Program-made: the position numbers and the translations under genes
Source: Amoebidium appalachense
Taxonomy: Eukaryota > Protista > Ichthyosporea
Length of the DNA stretch: 64,000 bases
Assembly (NCBI GenBank): GCA_963693365.1
Contig: CAVNZM010000002.1
Coordinates: 14,603,615 to 14,667,614, forward strand
Reading direction: 5' to 3'
The notes under the pieces: model-generated
Databases searched by the model: none
What the model was told of the DNA's origin: nothing
The model's input: the letters and a program-made list of their open reading frames with translations, nothing else
Shown here: piece by piece, positions 48,057-64,000 of the stretch
How the letters are laid out: each line of letters begins with the position of its first letter
How positions within the stretch are numbered: position 1 is the stretch's first letter

Positions 48057-48691
48057 GTGTGTGTGTGTGTTTGTCCCCAAAACATCTACCCTTTTGTCCA
48101 TAACCTTCCAACCAATTCCGGGAAGGCATGGAGAAAGGAAATTGGTGGGAGAAAAAAACACACCTCTGTAGAAACTTGTGGAAAGAAAACGAAAGAAATG
48201 GGTTTGGAGGTTACCGCGGAGAGGTAACTAAGTACCAAGATAATTGTGGTACAGGCAAGAGTGGGCACTTGCTAACGAGAAAGGAAAAGCCACATCGGAA
48301 AAGCAAAAAAATACTGACGAGAAAGGAAAATTGAACGTGCCTTCATAACATCACAGACATAAGATCAGACGAGCAAGCAAAAGCCCATCGGAAAAGCACA
48401 AAAATACAGAAAGATGGTAAACTAAAGGTGCCTTCATAAATTCACAGACATAAGATCACACGAGCAGATGTGCTTACCTTTGACCGTATGTTGCAGGTCT
48501 GCAACCCGTCCTATAAGGGCATCTCTATCCAAAGTGTCAAGTGGTTGATCAGCGGAAAGCTTCCTCTCGTTTTGTTTAGCAGAAACAATCTCGTTAAGGC
48601 TGTTTTGAACCTTAAACTCTAGATGGTCTTCCGTGTGCACATCCGCTAGAGAAAGAGGGTCCGGGGCGGAGTTTCCTGCACAGGACTCCAT
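43736..48691 (-). CDS. SCOC: Short coiled-coil protein (SCOC/UNC-69 family), 3 exons
   Basis: Exons 48691-48478 (alternative ATG at 48715), 44871-44733, 43808-43736. LIGRVADLQHTVKDLTEKISDAQQDFEQLSSNNDVLATYLENLMASSSIFQ follows the SCOC pattern LI..V.ELQ.TL.DL...V....EE...L.SEN.VL..YIENLMS.SSVFQ. Confidence 0.85.
46278..46487 (-). mobile_element. Poly(C)-embedded element, subfamily A
   Basis: Reverse-complement near-identical to 14766-14974; G runs on both sides. Confidence 0.85.
46519..46635 (-). mobile_element. Poly(C)-embedded element, subfamily B, 5'-truncated
   Basis: Identical to the 3' part of 50828-51027; G runs on both sides. Confidence 0.85.
46965..47161 (-). mobile_element. Poly(C)-embedded element, subfamily B
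   Basis: Near-identical to 50828-51027 but retains ACAGTATCTGAGT, which that copy lacks; G runs on both sides. Confidence 0.85.
47162..48015. repeat. ~850-bp almost pure G/A polypurine tract including (GA)n
   Basis: Direct composition, within SCOC intron 1. Confidence 0.9.
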
Positions 48692-49104
48692 TTTCTTTCG
48701 GCGAAACTGACACATAGATATGCCAAAAAAGAAAGGACTTTAAAATTCTGCTCAGAAAAAAAAAATAAAGAAAATCATTGAACTCGTACAATTTTATGTA
48801 GCCATCAGGCGTGCCATTTTACTCTTGTCCCAGCACAAGTGACAGGGGTGGAAAAGGCCCTGCAGTTTCGATGGGCCTCAAAAGCCCAGGAGACCAAGAG
48901 CAACAGCGAGCCGACGGCGTCAAATGTCAAAATCGCCGCCACGTGTTTGGGCAGCAAAAAAGGCAAGAGAGAAAATTGAAAGGGAGGGGAAAACTGTTGC
49001 TGTTTTGACCTGCTCGAACGGGAACTTGCTTTCAGCTCTCTCTCAAGAAAAAAGACTGCACATTCAAGCCTCTAGCCGGCTGGTCGCCGTGGCCCGAAGC
49101 CTGA

Positions 49105-49365
49105 TACATCCAATCGCAGCGTGGTTCCTTCCTAACCAATCACGGATAGGCAAATGACGACCAGATAAATTATGCCCGAGAAACACCGTGAGAGTGATAT
49201 TTTGCTTCTAAACAGCTCACAAACTAACGAGGACAACAAAATTATTAATATATGGTTGGTGTTTTAAAGGCATATATGCTAGAAACCCCTGTAGCTCAAT
49301 GCAATAGTCTTTGCGTTTCAAGAGCCAATTTGCCCCCTTCCACTCTTCTGCCATCTGATTGGCGT
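49105..49365. promoter_or_regulatory. CCAAT-box cluster in the divergent SCOC/ARHGAP39 promoter
   Basis: ATCCAATCG, AACCAATCAC, GCCAATT and TGATTGGC within ~260 bp between divergent genes. Confidence 0.35.
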
Positions 49366-50175
49366 TCCTAGACAGTATCTCGAGCAAATAAATAAGGATA
49401 AGCAGTCGAAGGTTTCAAACTTTCAGTTTTCTCCAAATTCCTCATGATTTCTTCGTGTAGGGCGGCATCACTGTCCCATAAAAACTCAAAATATATACGC
49501 CAAAAAAAAAATCCTATAAACTGCCTTATTGCAACAATATATATTGTTTACAGCTTACATATGTGAAATATGTGAAGCAACCCGAGGAAGTAATTTGGAG
49601 CTCAAACAGATGTTCGAACTCAATCGTATCGTGATTCGGTGAAATTTGGATTTTTTGCATTTTTGCGACGCACCATTCTCCTCGATCCGCTTGTTGCGGC
49701 CATCTTCAACGCGCAAGCCTGTGACAACGAGCAAACGTGACCTTTCACGTGTTACTGGCCTTATTACGTTTCTGTGACACTATCAATAGGGAAAGATAAG
49801 CTCATACAAACCAGAAAAAAGCAGTCTCTATTTGTAGAAAAGAAATTTCAGCTGGCGCAATTTAGGCATAAAACGAGCCGGCAGACTTTGGTGGGCAAGG
49901 TGTCATGTTATCGGCTAGGAGGAAGATCTAACAGGTCCACTTCCAGATCCAAACAGGAATTTGTAAGGAAGGAGTATCTGTTCGTGTGAAGAAAACACAG
50001 AGAGACAGGAAGAGTGCGAGGGTTAGAGTTGCGTAGATATTGCTTCTGTTGACACATCACCAAGTTGTAGACTTCTATTGTGCACCTTGATTACCTGGCT
50101 GGAAGCACCAAGTGGATCTCAACAAGTTCGTTTCTGCTACTGAGACTCTTGTGGGAGATTTGAGAGTCACCGAAA

Positions 50176-61499
<11,324 letters not shown>

Positions 61500-61702
61500 A
61501 TATCTCACCTCTCCGGCAAGAAACTTAGTCTAAATATAGGTCGTGTGAATGGTACTCTAGCCTTCATGTAAGTATTTTAGCTGGGGTGGCTTGTTAAGGG
61601 AGCCCAGCCTGGTGGGGTATTGGCAGTTTTCATTTAGGGACGATTCGGGGATAGGAACTGGGTGTATGAGTGATAGTGGTGGTGGTTGAAGGGGGGGAGG
61701 AA

Positions 61703-61735
<33 letters not shown>

Positions 61736-63364
61736 GAGGGGGGGGGGGGAGGGTCATCTACTTGGCTTGTTTCGTTGATGTTTTCGATGTTATTGCTACT
61801 TGCTATATTAGTAGCCATCATCATGCATGTGTAGTCTAGTCTGAAATGCTCCGCTGCACAAATCTGCACATGAATACAATTGTAATTTGCGTATCTGCTT
61901 TATCTAATAACGGTACACTCGTATGTCAATATTACGAATTCAGTTTTACCGTGTCATTTGATACTTTTTTAGCGCTTAGCACTACTCGACACCTGCAATT
62001 TCGGTGGCCAAATATTTTTTTTCGGGTTTCATCGCACATCCCATTTCAGACTCTTACCAATTATAATGGGTGGGAAATGTACATGTATATTCATCCCTTG
62101 TTCCGTAACGGAATAATGCATCCTTCTATCAGGGGCAATGAATGCCTACAACAGAATACGTTGCCCCTTTGCTGGATTTATTGTGGTGCAGGCACATACC
62201 TTTTTTTTTTTTTAACCCTAACACTGAGTCACTCGTTTGTTGATCCAAAACAGCCAGCAGCACGGCCGGAACTGATGGAGACAAGCAACACAGGGGGGGG
62301 GGGGGGGGGGGGGGGGATAAGTTATTTTTATCAAGGCTAAATTTATATGTTTCCGCGTAACTATTACTGGAGGGCCTAACATTATTGTATCATAAGCTAT
62401 TAGGACTTCGAGCAGTATGGAACGTGAGCAAGCTGTGTTATCACAGTGACTACGCGCCACGGTGTTCCAGAAAAGCGTGGTTAGCTCCACGCAGACTATA
62501 TAATTCTGGCCTCGTTATTATGCTACTCTGGCAACTTGCATGTCATGCGTGTGGCAAGTGTGTTCGTATACATGCGTTCACATTTAAACTCTTCAAGTGG
62601 GTGTAAGTTATTCTGGTGGTGGCTGCACGGGTGGAGTGAAGTAGGGGGCCGAAGTGTTAAGTACTACTTAGCCTATTTTTCAAGCTTCTGGGTAGGTGCT
62701 AAGACAGTGAAGCTCAGTCCGCGGCGAACGTTAGCAAGGGAGACCCACTATATTGGGTTGTGCATGAGATGCATTTAGTGGATTTTGGGCGAATATACGT
62801 ATGCTCAGCTGTGTGCAATGAGCGATTACAGGTGTGGCTGTATATATGGCTCATGGTTTTATATATGTACATGTACGAGACCACATTAGTGCAATCAGTG
62901 GGATCTTCGGTGCATGAGTGCAATTTGTATGGGTCAATTCGCGCGCAATCACACTGATTAGCCAAAAGTAGAAATTTGGGCGGGAAGTTTCGGTGAACAG
63001 AAAAAGTAGGAATATGACCATGGTATGTGCAAGGCGTGTTTCCGCACAGCAGGTTTGCATGCACATGACATGGCTATACAGACACATGTAGCAGGTTGCC
63101 CCATTAGGGGTTAAACTTTTTCTTTCTGTTTGTGTGCCAGACCAGCTGGCACCACTGGATGCAGAAGAAATCTAAAACAGTTCCAAAATATGGCATGACG
63201 TTGATTTTCAGGCATAGGCTTATGTGTGCAGCGTGTTGTATGTGTGCATAGCTAAGTTGTGTTGTATGTGTGGATGGGTATATGTGTGTGTGAAACGTGG
63301 CTGAGCTTCTGTTCATATTAATAATCACTATAAAAGCCAAAAACGTCATGAAAAACCTTCTTAA

Positions 63365-63659
63365 AGGGGGTTTCTTTTAGGTTTTCGGGCCGGGTCGGGT
63401 CAGAGGGACTTCTAGCCATATGATTGGCGTACTGCGCATCGGCTGCGCACCACGTTTTTCCCGCAGCAAGCCTTCAAGTGCGCCATAATACAACAAAAAA
63501 GAAAAAGAAAAGAGAAAAAAAAGAAATATAGAAGGGAACAATAATAATAAAGTGTTAGGAAGAAAATTGCAGTTCATATCGTGATTTATATGCTGAACAA
63601 ATGGCTTGACCCGAATGTGCTGGAATGGGGACAATTAATCGGCCTAAAAGAAACCCCCT
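63365..63659. mobile_element. Non-autonomous DNA transposon (MITE), Kolobok-like
   Basis: Perfect 17-bp TIRs AGGGGGTTTCTTTTAGG / CCTAAAAGAAACCCCCT flanked by TTAA on both sides (63361-63364, 63660-63663). A TTAA TSD with RR..YY termini is the Kolobok signature. Confidence 0.8.
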
Positions 63660-64000
63660 TTAATCAGAAGCCTTGATTGAACACATGATGCCCTAAGAAG
63701 TCCTTTAATTGGAAAAAAAATTGATTGAAAGAAGTAAAATGTTTGACACGAAGTAAAATGCTAGACACTCCTTCATACCTTAAAAAAATTGCAAGCTGTT
63801 ATACATATACATACTATATGCCAATCATTACAGTCAGATATGCCTTTGAAGTGTTGACATCTATGTTGGTAACTGTGTGATCACACGGCCACATGCAAGA
63901 CGTCGTGGGCAAACCACAAGGTCACAAAGATCACAGCCATACCCATCACCGCGGCTATGGCTACCTCCTGTGGGAGGGAGTGAAAAGTTAGTACACAGAA

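Noticed and set aside
47068-48227. Long Pro/Leu/Ser-rich ORFs (333-353 aa)
   Set aside because: They arise from the polypurine tract inside SCOC intron 1.

Overview
Eukaryotic, intron-rich genomic DNA. The gene set (ARF6, SCOC, ARHGAP39, SMYD, NUDT22, a SCHIP1/FEZ-like coiled-coil gene) suggests an opisthokont, most likely a unicellular holozoan; this is inference, not seen directly. Introns are packed with poly(C)/poly(G) runs and (CA)n microsatellites, so most ORFs in the supplied track are low-complexity artefacts. Manual splicing gives eight genes: a head-to-head pair of SDR paralogues, NUDT22 (-), a SET-MYND methyltransferase (+), a SCHIP1/FEZ-like gene (-), ARF6 (-), SCOC (-) and ARHGAP39 (+). 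There is also a decayed Cys-rich multi-exon relic and a Kolobok-like MITE. Most notable: (i) a multi-subfamily, 5'-truncated interspersed element that sits inside poly(C) tracts, lies in host-sense orientation in every copy found, and carries a covarying RNA hairpin with hammerhead-like boxes; (ii) an ARHGAP39 intron built from eight degenerate copies of its own 3' splice junction; (iii) SDR paralogues with ~97% identical exon 1 but unalignable introns; (iv) apparently interleaved antisense 5' ends of NUDT22 and SMYD. All exon boundaries were read by eye, and homopolymer lengths may contain assembly errors.
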